This document shows, one piece after another, positions 11,517 to 24,289 of a DNA stretch of 64,000 nucleotides. The notes beneath the pieces are model-generated. The model worked only from the letters and a program-made list of their open reading frames with translations. It was not told where the DNA came from and made no database searches. The position numbers and the translations under genes were made by a program. Source of the DNA: Chlorokybus atmophyticus (lineage: Eukaryota > Plantae > Mesostigma and Chlorokybus algae); assembly GCA_009103225.1 (NCBI GenBank), contig RHPI01000797.1, forward strand, positions 908,925-972,924, given 5' to 3'. Numbering within the stretch: position 1 is the stretch's first letter; the number at the start of each line of letters is the position of its first letter.

Positions 11517-14463
11517 ATGGTGTCGGACGCTAAGAAGCAGGCGGCTGCGAAGAAGAAGGCGGCTGCGGCAGCCAAGCGAGGCGCCGGAGCGGCCGCCGCG
11601 CAGAAGATTATGGAGAAGTCCGAGTCGCAACCGGATCTCACAGCGGATCTTGCCAGCCTGCAGTTGTCCGAGCGCACCTGCACGGGCGTTCTAACATCGC
11701 ACGCTGCCTCCCGAGATGTTCATGTACACACCTTTCTGTTTTCGCACCTTGTCTGAACAGCGCTGTAGTTGTCACAACACTACAACCAGGACATCCTGGT
11801 TCACTCTCCCATCGACAACATGCTGTTTTGCTGCCCTCAAGGTTTCGTTAGTCATATTTCGTATTGTTGACGTGGTGTTGCGTTCCAGCCGAGCTGCACT
11901 CCCATTGTTTGCTGCTCTGCACACTTGAGTTTGTTCTTGTCACTTTGTATAGTGTCTGAGTCCCCGGAGTCTGTCTGTTCATGTTCAGACACTTGTAAAG
12001 TAGGCACGGATGGTGCTGTACGGCCGTTGGCATGCATGCACGAGGAGTGGCAATCGACAGCTGGTATGCTGGCCATACCAGCGAATGTCATGCGCAAGCT
12101 GCGCAGGCCTGGTCGACTGCACGTGATGACTTCAGCAGATCATTCAGTTACTACTTCATGACTGACGCTGTTATGTTATTATTCCTTCGCTGCGTGCAGC
12201 ATGTATTGTTGGGTGCTGTGCTTCTGCCTGCATGCTAAGAGTTAATGTTGTGTACAGATTGAGAGTCTCACGCTGTTGCTCCACGGTACTGAGCTGCTAG
12301 CAGACGCCAGCTTGGAGCTGAACTATGGCAGGTGCGTTGTGTGCTTGCGAGCAGCAAGTGACACTTCACAGACTTTGTGGTTACTCTACTGCATGCTGCA
12401 ACTCAGTGCGCTGCTTGACATGTGCCATATAACTGCAGACGCTACGGCTTGGTGGGTGCAAACGGGTGCGGGAAGAGTACATTGTTGTCAGCACTGGGCA
12501 CAAGGGAGCTGCCCATCCCAGATCACATTGATGTGTTCCACTTGAGCCGTGAGATGGCTGCCTCTGATCAGACCGCCTTGGAAGCAGTAATGGAGGTGGA
12601 TGCAGAAAAGAAGAGGCTGGAGGCTAGGGCTGAGGAGTTGGCGCACAGGGTGAGATGATTGGTTGCAACTTTTATCTGCACTCCTGCAGTCTTGTGTCAC
12701 ACTGAGGTCTAGGGTATGCATATGGCATGTGGTGGTGTCGCATAGTTGCAAGAAGGGTGCCCAATATGTCGCTCCCATGCTATCCATGCAGGAGGATGCA
12801 GTGTTGGAGCTGGAGGATATCTATGAGCGCCTGGACCTATTAGATGCAGACAAAGTCGAGAAGCGTGCTGCGGAGCTGCTGCATGGTTTGGGCTTTACGC
12901 GTCAGATGCAGACCAAAAAGACGCGCGACTTCTCAGGAGGGTGGCGCATGCGCATAGCGTTGGCGCGCGCACTATTTGTCTCTCCCACCCTGCTGCTGCT
13001 TGACGAGCCTACAAACCATCTTGATCTGGAAGCCTGCGTGTGGCTGGAACAGGTTCTCGGGGAGTACAGGCGCATACTGGTGCTCATCTCGCACTCGCAA
13101 GATTTCCTTAACGGCGTGTGCACCAACATCATCCACATGCGCAACAAGCAGCTCACGACATTCTCGGGCAACTACGATACCTACATGCAGACGAGGGGCG
13201 AGCTTGAGGAGAACCAGATGAAGAAGTTCAACTGGGAGCAAGATCAGATAGCTCACATGAAGGAATACATTGCCCGCTTCGGACACGGTTCTGCCAAGCT
13301 CGCTCGTCAAGCTCAAAGTAAAGAGAAGACTCTAGCCAAGATGGAGCGCGGCGGGTTGACTGAAAAGGTGGACAAGGACCGCGTGTTGACTTTCAGGTTT
13401 GCCGATGTCAGCAAGCTTCCGCCCCCCGTGTTGCAGTTCAGTAATGTTGCATTCGGCTATGCGGACGAGAACAAGCAAGTGAAGCATATACTCTACAAGG
13501 AGCTGGACCTTGCTATCGATCTGGATTCAAGGATAGCACTGGTTGGTCCGAATGGCGCTGGCAAGAGCACACTTCTGAAACTGATGGTCAATGACATCAC
13601 GCCCACTGATGGAATGATACGTAGGCATAACCATCTCAAGATTGGGCAGTACCATCAGGTAAGGTTTCTGGTTTACAACTACACCAATGGACGTTAATAC
13701 TTGATTGCACCCATGCTGTTCAGTCAAGGTCGTCGTCCATGGTGTTGTCATCATGGCGAGCATGTATATAATTTTGTATGCGTGCCTGTTTGCAGCACTT
13801 GACAGAGAAGTTGGACATGGACTTGTCGCCAGTGGAGTACATGATGAAGGAGTATCCAGGTGTTTCTCTCGAGAGGATGCGAGCAGCGGTGGGCACTTTT
13901 GGTATCACTGGGAAGGCTCAGGTAGCTGCCGGTGCATGGCTAGTGCATATATGTGCAAAACTGCAGGGTTACTCTCAGTTGTTTGCAATGGCATGCATGC
14001 CATTCTTCTGTTGTGTCCCTTACAGTAGAAAACTCAATTGTCAAATGCTCCATTCATGCTTATGTCATGACAATCATTGGTGCAGGTGATGCCCATCCGC
14101 AACCTGTCTGATGGTCAAAAGTCGCGCTGTGTGTTTGCATGGCTGGCCTACCGCGAGCCCAACTTGTTGTTGCTGGATGAGCCTACGAACCATCTTGATA
14201 TTGAGACAATTGACTCTTTGGCCGAAGCCATTGCCGGTGCGTTGTGTGCATGTTGCTTGCTGTTGGCATTGCAGCTTACGTATGCTGACTGTTGCTGCTG
14301 CTCAACAGATTACACTGGAGGTTTGGTTCTTGTCAGCCATGACTTCAGATTGATCAGCCAAGTGGCGGAGGAGATCTGGGTTTGCGAGCATCAAACAGTA
14401 AGGCGGTGGGAGGGGGACATCCTGTCTTACAAGAAGCATCTGCGCCAGAAAGCAGGCTTGTAA
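11517..14463 (+). CDS. ABCF2: ABC-F family ATPase (ABCF2/Arb1 orthologue group), 7 exons
   Basis: Exons 11517-11723, 12258-12331, 12439-12649, 12792-13658, 13796-13921, 14086-14236 and 14309-14463. Two NBDs: GANGCGKS / FSGGW / [11 protein letters not shown] and GPNGAGKS / LSDGQ / [11 protein letters not shown], plus the [12 protein letters not shown] linker. No transmembrane segments. Confidence 0.96.
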
Positions 14464-15763
14464 ATGTAGCGATCTGAGTTGGTGCGCTTCCCGTTTGCTT
14501 CAGTGCATGCAAGCGTCACAGATGCAGCACATCCCCGCCGCTGTGACGACTGCATCTCTGTTTCGGCCAAGCACCATGCAACTTGACTGCGCGCTGCCGG
14601 CATTCACCGCCCCGATGTCTGCCCCTTTCAAGTCCATGATGCCACTTCCTGCGGTTCAATAAAGTGAGAGATTGCATTTGGCAGCATGTCAGATTTGCTG
14701 CTGTTGCTGCAGGCATCAGGGTGCGCAACATGTGAGAGTTACTCTTTTTGGGAATTGTTTCTAGTGCGTTGTGTCTGTCCTACTTTTGCCACACGACAGC
14801 ATATCGCTGCCATTAGACTACTGCTTCATAGAGTGTACTGCCGCTTATGCGACATAGCCTTGACCTTGGTATAGTCGGAGTGTCTTATGTTTAGTTGTGT
14901 TGTATTTGGAGTGGCTATAAGGTTTTCATCTTGCCAGCAAGCTTGACGGCACATGTTGCATGCTGTACAGGTGATGACTTCAACACTTGTATGCTTGTAT
15001 GAATAACGGTTACAGCGTTTAGAGTAGTAGTTGCGTGGGTAGCGTAGCCCAGTGGTGGGTCATGTAAGCTGCGGTGTTGCATGTCGTGCATCCTGTTGTT
15101 TTATAAGACACCCCAGGCAGTGCTGGTTACTGCTGTATTGTCGCCTTGTAAAGGATGCTGTCGTAGGGTGTTCTGGTGTGATCCGTAGGTCGACCTGACT
15201 TCATGCGCATAGCACTTTACATCAATCCACACAGCCAAGGAACGACTAAGAGGTAGAGCAGGTGATAGGAAAAACAACATTCATGGCATAGTCTAGCTCT
15301 ACTGTGCAGTCGCTGAGCAGCTACGCATTGCAGCATACCTCCTTTGGTACCAGCACTGGCCATATCCTGTACACCGCATGTTTGCATGTACATAGGTGTC
15401 TATCCATTTGAAAGCAGACTATGGTACATCCGCGGTTGTGTGTGTGTTGCAGGCAACTCAATGCACGCTTAAAACGGCCTCGCCATCATCTTGCATGTGT
15501 ATAGTGGTTGGTGCCTGTCACTGCCAAGGCGATTGCCTTGTCACTTGCACAACTGACAATACTACCTTGGTAACTTGTACGACTTGTTTGAAAGCCATGA
15601 CAGATGTGCGCCCCTTCTGCCTCATAACGCCAGCAAACCTGTTGATGGTTGTTGAAACAGTGGTTGCAATTGTTACGACATACAATCTTGCTTGCCAACA
15701 GCCTGCAGGAATGTCACAAGCTGCTTGACCTCCAAAGGTTAGTGACGAAGGGTACGCATTGAC

Positions 15764-18531
15764 CTATCGATTCGGTAACAATCGCACTTGCGCACGTCTT
15801 TGTTCTTGGCGTGCCTCAAACATGATATGCGTGGCGCAAAATATGCAAACAAATGCTGCAACTAGGAATGCAACGCCCTGCTTGCAAAACATTTTGGACA
15901 GTAGCTCCTGCACGCCGTCAACGCCGACCAGAAAGCCGACAAACCCTGAAGTCAGCAGGAAGAAGATGTTGACGGTCGCTGCGACCGCACAAATGTGACG
16001 CCACTTCCACGTATTGCGCAGGTGCTTCAACCTTGCATGCCGCCCAATATACTTCACAGCCATCTCGGGTGCAATGAACAAACAAGTGAGCCATGCCCAG
16101 CACAGCAAATTCCACTCAATGTCATGCCAGAGCGCCACGAACGTGAAGATAACCCACACATTCAGGAGACGGTACTTGGCGCCACCCAGTGGAATGTACA
16201 GGTACCTGAGACGCAAGTTGAGGACAGCATACATGACATGCAGAGTGATCTCAAGCTATAAAGCTACTTGCTTTCTCCCGAACGTGTTGCATACTGCTGA
16301 GGCTGATGTGCCTGTCGGATGTGACAAAGGACACACAAGCCAAACTTGCCTGACGAGCCATCTGTTGTAGGAGCAGTGCCAGTTGCGCCAGAAGCCCTCG
16401 ATATCATAATTGTTGCTGATGCATCTTGGCATGTTTTCTGGCGTATCAACGCCGTCCAGGAGCGCGAAGAGGCGGAAGAAGCGCCAGATCAACAGGAACT
16501 TAAGCCACGCCATGTGTATCATGCCATAGCCGAGCATGCCAATTTCGAAGGCGCCAAAGTCACTACCGCGCCATACATGTGCCTTTGCCATAGCATTGAA
16601 GTACGTGAAGTGGCCCAGAACCTCCATCACCAACGTGCATGCAATGAACCTCAGAGCATAGAGGACTATTCTCTTGCTTTTGACCACTTGTTGCGGCCTT
16701 CGCAGCTGTGATAAAAAGGCATTGTAAGATGCATGTGGACCTGCATGGCACATGAGGTTTGCTGTCACACATCACGAGAGACAACTGCAGCAATGCACAC
16801 ATGTACACAGACTTGCAATATTGTTTCTTCAGAACTGTGACTACGCACGCCTACCATGGGGCGAGCATAATAACATTTATCCATCCGCAGTCAAGCTGAC
16901 TGGTATGGACATACCTGCTATGTAAAGGGGTGCATAAAAAAGAAAACACAGGTAACTGCCAAGCGTGTAATCTTCCACTGAATGCTCCTGCCGCCAGTGA
17001 TAGCAATAACGCTGCTGTGCGCATGGCAGGCAGCGTGTGCGATGCTTGTCCCAGTCAACAGTGGACTGGCGTCCAGTAGTTGCGTAGTGCAAGTCGACGC
17101 CATAGCTGACCATGCGCAGCATTACTGCACGTGCCAACATTGAAAACGTTTGTAAGGAGTCTTGAGCTCGTGCCATGCATAGAATGCAAGGGTGATGCAT
17201 ATGACAAGTGAACCAAAAACTCACCAGCTCACCTACATTAAAGTATATGTGCCAGCGCATGGCTCCGCGATGACCATCGAGAAATGCAAGGTGTGGACTG
17301 TGAAGCACTTAATTTGAGGCCACTTGCAAAACCAAACAAGGGGATTGCGGTGGTTGAGGCAACTGGATAGCTCACCTGATGGCGGCAAACTGGTAGCCAC
17401 TGTATGTGCGGTTGAGCAGCAGAACAATGCAGTTGCAGAGCCATATCACGACAGGCGATAAGCGCCACTGCTTCGTTGCCTGGCAGAGGTAGTAGTTGCC
17501 GATTGCAATCGCCAAGATGAAGAATACACTGCACAAAAGCAACCCGCTCAGCTCTGAGCGCAAACCAGAGGGGATGCCGCAATGGTCGGCATCTAAGTGA
17601 TGCAAGACATTGCTGTTCCAAGTGACCGACAACACAGTGCATACTCACCAAGCGCCATGCAGGTAACTGATGAACAGTAGGGAAGCTGCGAGCCAATACC
17701 CAATAATGATGCCGGGCTGTTGCGGCCACAATGTGCGAACCGCATGACTAAATGTTACCAACGATGCCATCACGGCTGCCAGCATTGGCAGACCTGACCT
17801 GAAGTTGTGCCATTGATGGTCTGACTGGTCCTGCAGATTGCGTGTCAATGTAGTATATTTGTCCAGCTGCCTCGAATGACATTTTCCATCATACTCAATG
17901 CACACACATGCTCACCAGGAAGCGCCCAGCAATCCAGCCGCGCTCAAGCCCTGGCAGGCTTTCCTTACCAGCTGCTGCCGCTGCAGCGTACTCTGACATA
18001 CGCACCACATCAATACTATGTCATGTGAGAGCTGCATGCAATGCAGCTCTTTTGCAGTCAGGGTTGTGACAGAACAACCGCTTGTCAAGACACTTCAAGT
18101 CTGCAACCTATGTCTATAGTATTCAGTCGGTGCTAGATGATGGGCTTATATTGCAATCTCATTCACTTAAGCCATGACGATGCATGCAAAGAACGTAAGC
18201 GACAGTCTACAGTTATGCCTTATGGCATTCTGCAGTTGAAGAGCAGTGGCAGCATTGACTACATCTAACGTGTCTTATGTTTGGAGGGGTGCAGGAAACA
18301 ACGCCAAGTCTTTGGTGCAAACACTATGTACAAGGACTGCTGCCTCAGTACTCCATGTAGTTGCCGATACCATCAACACACTTGCTTACCGTTGCTGAGC
18401 TCAAGCGCTCTCGGGATAACGTTGGCAAAGCCCAGCAGGCCGATAACAGCGTAGTAGAGCAGGAACTCCGGAGTCAACCAGCGCCGAGGAGGGATGGCCG
18501 GTTCCGCCTTGACGCCCTCCTCCGACCCCAT
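15764..18531 (-). CDS. GUP1: MBOAT O-acyltransferase, GUP1/HHAT-like, 8 exons
   Basis: Exons 18531-18390 (RWLTPEFLLYY), 17992-17916, 17830-17649 (DQSDHQWHNFR), 17528-17376, 17297-17233 (RWHIYFN), 17124-16915 (YAPLYIAG), 16740-16350 (WRFFRLFAL, FWRNWHCSYNRWLV) and 16205-15764 (YLYIPLGG, FTFVALWHD with catalytic His). The last intron is GC-AG. Confidence 0.92.
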
Positions 18532-18767
18532 TGCAGCCCATCAACCTCCCCCCACCCCACCTGCGCTGCCACGCCCGCCGCCCTCACCACGCCCGCCGCC
18601 GCCGCTGCACGCCTAGCATGCTAGCGCTGCCAATTGGGGTTTGTGACCACCATCAGTGCAGATGAGCCAATTGAATTGCGCAACACTGCACACAGTAGCA
18701 GCGGATAGTCACTTCAGCTTCTGCCTGCGGGTGCGCTTGGGGCTGTCTGGCGAGGCAAGGCGGAGCC

Positions 18768-20599
18768 ATGGCTGGCCTGCTGGTGACTCAGGGCGTTGCG
18801 CTTGTCGCTGGTCAAAGGCCGTGCGCCAGCAGCTATGCTGTGCGCTCGGCGAGGCCGCAATTGCTTCTTCGGCCTGCCGGTCGGCAAACTGGTGCGCTGC
18901 TTTTGGGACAGTTTGCTTGCAGTTGACGGTATGACACACTTGCCACCAAGCCATGCATACACTCACTCGGTTCGGACCAAACATACATGACCTGCATGAA
19001 CTCCACCTGGAGCGCTTGTGGTGGGACGTTATTGCATGTCGTTCGCCTGTCAGCAGCGTTGTAGACTCTGCGCCTGCACAGGCACGGCTTTGTCACGTCG
19101 TACATGCTGCATATCACTCTGCTCGAGCGACTTGATGTGACAATTATTGTCCATCTTACTGCAAATCATGGAGCTGCCGTGTGTGTCACAATGTTTAGCT
19201 TCGTTGAGCTGGCTGTGCTGCGCAACTCGACAAGCAAGCCAGTACCGGGTTGTGAAAACCATCAGAATAGCACTGACTTCGGTAGTTCACCTTCTCAACC
19301 ATGTGAATGCTACACGCCAGACAAAGCTGCACTGTAGTTTGCACTGTAGTTTGCAAGTCACTGCACATGTCTTTGTTTAAGTGCGCCGTTGCTTTGATAA
19401 CTTCAACACGTTACATACCGGTTGCATGCAGAGCCTCGACCTTGTCATTCCATAAGGTCCAATCGGCGACGGTTGCGGAGACTTGCGTGCTGCAGTGCTG
19501 AGACGAACGAGGAGGCCTCAACCACAAGCCAGCAGGAGCTACCATCAGTACCGACAGATGTGTTTGCAACGCCGCAGAAGGACGCTCCACAGGGGCCGCA
19601 GCCGCTGTACGGATTGCTCACAGGGCTTGCGTTGGCCGGTTGCGCAGAAACAGCCTACCTCACCTACGCCAAGCTGTTTCTAGGAGGCGTATCTTGCCCA
19701 ACAAGCGGGTGCGACCTTGTGTTGAACTCCGAGTACTCTGAGCTGTTGGGCATCCCGCTATCGCTGTTTGGAGCTGCAGCATATGCAGCAGTTGCAGTGC
19801 TGGCTCAGCTCGCCAAGCGAGACAGGCTGCAAGGGTGAGTTTCTGCTCTTGCACTGCTGTGCTCAGTGTTGTACACGTCCCAAGGCTACGAACAGCTTGT
19901 TGGTCTCTTGCATGATGGGGAGTTAAAGTCATGTGCATTGCTAGCCTCAAGGAAACTTGTCACAGGGCTGCCCGTTGGCTGCTGTTGGGCGTCACCAGTG
20001 CCATGGCAACTGCCAGTGTGTACTTGGTGTATGTAATTCTGTTCAAGCTGCAGTCAGAGTGCCCGTACTGCTTTGCCTCCGCAACCATATCATTGGCGCT
20101 TTGTGTGGCCAGCTTGCGGAGCTTCACCGGGCGAGAGCTGAAGCAAGCAGCAGCACCTGAGGCGGCGCTCTGTGCCTCGGTGGTCCTCGCTCTGACGGTA
20201 GCATTCGGCAACGTTGACGTTGCAGGCGCCAGAGTGAATGAGCTTCCATACTCCGAGCCAACCATCACAACACAGTCTACTCCATGGACCATTGCCTTGG
20301 CACAGCATCTGCGCACAGTGGGCGCCAAGTTCTACGGTGCCTTCTGGTGCAACCACTGTCATGATCAGAAGGAAGACTTTGGCCAAGAGGCTATGAAGTA
20401 TGTCAACTACGTGGAGTGCTACCCTAATGGTTTCAGGCGTGGCGAGAACATGGCCAAGGCTTGCCTTGATGCAAAGTTGGAGGGATTTCCAACTTGGATT
20501 ATCAATGGCCAGGTCCTGAGCGGCGAACAGCAATTGTCTGCCCTAGCAGAGGTGTCTGGCTTTCAGCTGAAGGCACCAGAGCTGGCCGGCAGCCGCTGA
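18768..20599 (+). CDS. LTO1: Thylakoid lumen thiol oxidoreductase 1 (VKOR-thioredoxin fusion), 3 exons
   Basis: Exons 18768-18891 (transit-like; this first exon is less certain), 19432-19834 (CPTSGCDLVLNSEYSELLGIPL) and 19966-20599 (VKOR CPYC; Trx WCNHC; GFPTW). Confidence 0.92.
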
Positions 20600-23500
20600 G
20601 CTTTGGTCCCGCCTCTGCTTGCAAAACTATGTACAGCGCCTTCTCGTAAGGGTTATTTAGCATCCACATGTGCAGTCTTTGTTTGTGATGCTATGCTTGT
20701 CTCTGTTGTGTGCTTGCACAGCCACACCGCCGCCGCCGCCGCCACTACGCCTCAGCCTGGAATGGATAATAGTCGTACGGAGCTACGTTCTGGTAAACCG
20801 GCATATGGGGCAGGCAAGCAGGCTAACCCCAAAAAGAATGCCCACAATGGTGTGCTTGCAGAGTGCTGAACACTTGCGCTTGATCGTTTACATAAACGGA
20901 TGCTATCATTGTAAGTTTGGTAGTTTGACATGGTTTGAGGTAAAGTTGAACCAGCAGGACATACTCAATTGCATCCAACCCATCGCATGCAGCAACACAG
21001 ATCTCCTCCAGGCTCTCTTGTAAGCAATTTTGCTCTGGTAAATCACTGCAGTATAGTGCATGTAACGGCCACCACCGTAGGCAACACCACTCATGCACCT
21101 ACACAAGGTGTTTGAGAGGGAGAGAGCGAGCGAGGGAGGGAGGGAGGGAAGGAGAGAGGAGGGGAGGGAGGGAGTCAGAGTGCTGCACTGCGTGTTGCTG
21201 CTATTTCCGTGCTGCTACTGCGGCGAAGCTGAAAACCGCCAATGCTGTGCAGGTAATTACATTGACACGTACATGCATGTATGCTTAACGGGGTTGAGGG
21301 TGGTAGTGAAGGTAGCGAGGTAGGGACTAGGTAGATACCCCGGTGGTGATTGTAAATGCTTGGTGGTTCAATTGCATGCCTGGCATATGTCATGCATGTA
21401 AGGATGTAGGGACTAGGTAGATACTCCGGCGGCTATTGTAAATGCTTGGTGATGGTGATGGTGGTTGCATGCTTATTGTGCAAATNGGGGGGGGGCATCA
21501 ACCTTACACCCGGTATACATGATATAAATAACATGTAAGCCCTTATGGCGACTCAATTGCACAGGCATGTGATATATCGTGAGCAATTGAATATTATAAC
21601 ATCATGAGACGCGCAAGAAGTTACCCTTGCGAGCTGGCTTGGTTGACATTGTAACACTTTCTCTTTTCATGCTATATACGCAATCTCATTGCTGATTCGC
21701 CGCAATGAAACATTTAACCACAATAAATGATTGAAATGAGCTTGCACCAATGACAGCAAATCGTAGCAATCCACTCAAAGTATGTGGTTGTGGCACTCGC
21801 TGTTGTAATGGATCTATTAAGATGTATTAAGTCATTCACATGCACGAATTGTATGAATGTGTCGTCTATAACGTGAAGTATAGGTTTACATGTTTTTGAT
21901 TGTAATGTATATCTACATGATATGCAAATTCATAAAGCAATTGTAGTATTGATAATCATAATCTATCATTGTATTAATGATGTCATCAGGTGACAAATAT
22001 TACTGTTGGATTGTTGAAGTATACATGTTTGTGCTTAACACATCATGTATAGCGCATGCTTACTCATGTCCGTTAGGCCTTGCTATTGTACCCTCAGCCT
22101 ACTTGCATGCCCGCTCCTCCAACCCTATGCACGTAGCTAGTGTACATATCATTTAAAGCTTATGTACACAGGCACGCGCGCACGCGTACAAACGTATATA
22201 TATATATACACATATGTGCGTGCGCGCGTGCGTGCATGTGAGAGAGAGTGTATGCGCGCGCGCAGTGTAGTTGAGGTTGTATTGCTATGCACGATGCATA
22301 TGCCAGCACACATGCAGGCACGCAGTGTCAACAAGCATACCAAGTGCACAACTTTGCGTGCATCCATGTGTGAGTGTATAACTTGTATCAATGAAGCTTT
22401 CACACATTGTACCAAGCTGTAGCTTGCGTCTTGGCTTATGCGCAAGATTGTGCATACAAGTGAGGGGTGGGAGGAAGTTGTGATGTATGCGGTTGAAAGT
22501 ACGTTAAATAGTTTAATATGTGTCATTAGAAGATACATAGTCATTACGTGTTTTCCACGTGTTTCCTTGTTTATAAAAACCATATTCGACGCAAATTACT
22601 ACAAGAAATGGCGACATATGTTTGGTGTATTCCACTCATGCAAATGAGATGAGCATTACATGAAAAGTGTATTATATGGTTTAATACAGCCTCCCCTCTT
22701 CTTGGGTGGTGGGGGTTTATAAGTTTGTTATGCCCATTGTCCTCGCAAGCCTTCATCGAGTATGCTCACATCAAGACCCTCGCCCGATCTATTAGCATAG
22801 CGACCCACGCGCGCCACAGACCAGTAACAAGGTTATAACTCCATACTAGCTTATGACCGTAGCCTACGTAGGCGCCGCACGTAGCTGTTCAGATGTGTGA
22901 GTTTAGTTTTTAAGTTATGTTTCATACTGAGTGGGAATTCTTTGGAAATAGCCCCGATATGACCGTTATCGTATGTTTTGAACAGTCGTAATTTGATTTG
23001 TATAAGTAGTCGCAGTATTCACCGAATCAGCTGGTGATACTGTAAGTGAGAAAGCTCAGAGCTTCCGAGGCTTAAACTGCAAACACGCCATCCTGGTTCC
23101 TAAGAATCCTCTCGCTGTGCCAAAGCCTGTGCTTGTCATTGCTGTGAGCCTGGTGTGCTTGGTTGCGATGTGCTTGTTGGCATCAGTCAGGGCGTAGCAT
23201 CCACGTGTTGCTTGCTCATTCACCTCACTTAACAGTGTAACACATCTTCCACTTATGCAAGAAACTATGTAAACGTCACAACCTGTAGTAGTGGATTGTT
23301 GACTCACAGTGTCACCCTCTTTGCTCAGGTGAGTGTCATTGCATTCTGTGCATCACAAGTGCAGCTTGTAGTTGGATACATTTTAAGTGTATTGTTATCA
23401 CCGTCATTGCATAGTGCGCACAAGCACTGGTGTGTTGAATGTTAGCAGCATTTCATAGCCATAGAGCACAAACACTCTACCTTCATACACTTCCACCATT

Positions 23501-23629
23501 GCATCAACTGTATGAGCAGGCCCACTCCTTTCTCGCCAGAAGACGAGGGGAACCTCAGCTCTCACAGCCCACTTGACCATAAAAGACTAGGTGTTTATAT
23601 GGTCGAGTGGGCTGTGACTCCGATAGCAA

Positions 23630-24153
23630 TGTCACAGCCCACTCAACCACAAGGACTTGGTGCTTTTATGGTCGATTTGTGGTTATATAATGTACCTTCC
23701 CGTTACATTCCCCCCCACTTAGGAACGCTGACGTTCTCGGCAGCTGGCTCCCATCAGCTGGGGAATCATCCAAGGGGTTTGCTAGGGTCGGCCACCGGCC
23801 CCACGCCCAAGGACCGGCTAAATGTGGCCCATACCGATCAACGCGCGCATAGCGCGCCGCTGCCGGCCCCACAGGTCGCATCGCGACAGGCAGGTCGCGT
23901 CCTGCCGCGCCGACTGAACTGGTCAGTCCGACGCGACTGCCATTAGGCAATTCGCGACCTATCGATGATGGCACTTATGAAGTGACCCTTTACGATGTTA
24001 TTGGATGGAGAAATACTGACCGCGGAATTCGTGTGCAAGGCAGGAATCAAACCCGGGTCTCAAGCTCCGATACCAATGTTACAGCCCACTCGACCATAAA
24101 AGACTTGGTGCTTATAGTCGATTTGTTGTTGTAGAATGTACCTTCCCGTTACA
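23630..24153 (-). mobile_element. TRIM-like non-autonomous LTR retrotransposon (~520 bp)
   Basis: Two ~78-bp TG...CA direct repeats at 23630-23707 and 24077-24153. On the minus strand, tRNA-iMet-type PBS TGGTATCGGAGC (24075-24064) sits 1 nt from one LTR, and a polypurine tract AAGTGGGGGGGAA (23720-23708) abuts the other. No coding capacity. No clear TSD. Confidence 0.85.
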
Positions 24154-24289
24154 GCAGCTATAGCCCAACCTCCAACCTCACCTACAAGCAAGCGAAGGAC
24201 GCAGCTACCGTAGCAGCAGAGGCTCTCACCCCGTCTCCCTGGCTTCACCTCCTTCTACTTCACTCCTCGTGAACGAACTTCTCCACCTC

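Noticed and set aside
14459-14463. Chlorophyte TGTAA poly(A) signal overlapping the ABCF2 stop codon
   Set aside because: Further TGTAA motifs lie downstream (~15062, ~15147); the used site cannot be determined without transcript data.
21321-21455. ~47-bp imperfect direct duplication (TAGGGACTAGGTAGATAC...TTGTAAATGCTTGGTG)
   Set aside because: Two copies only, no termini or coding signal; an ordinary local duplication.
23056-23307. Minus-strand 83-aa ORF
   Set aside because: No recognisable motif and no linked exons.
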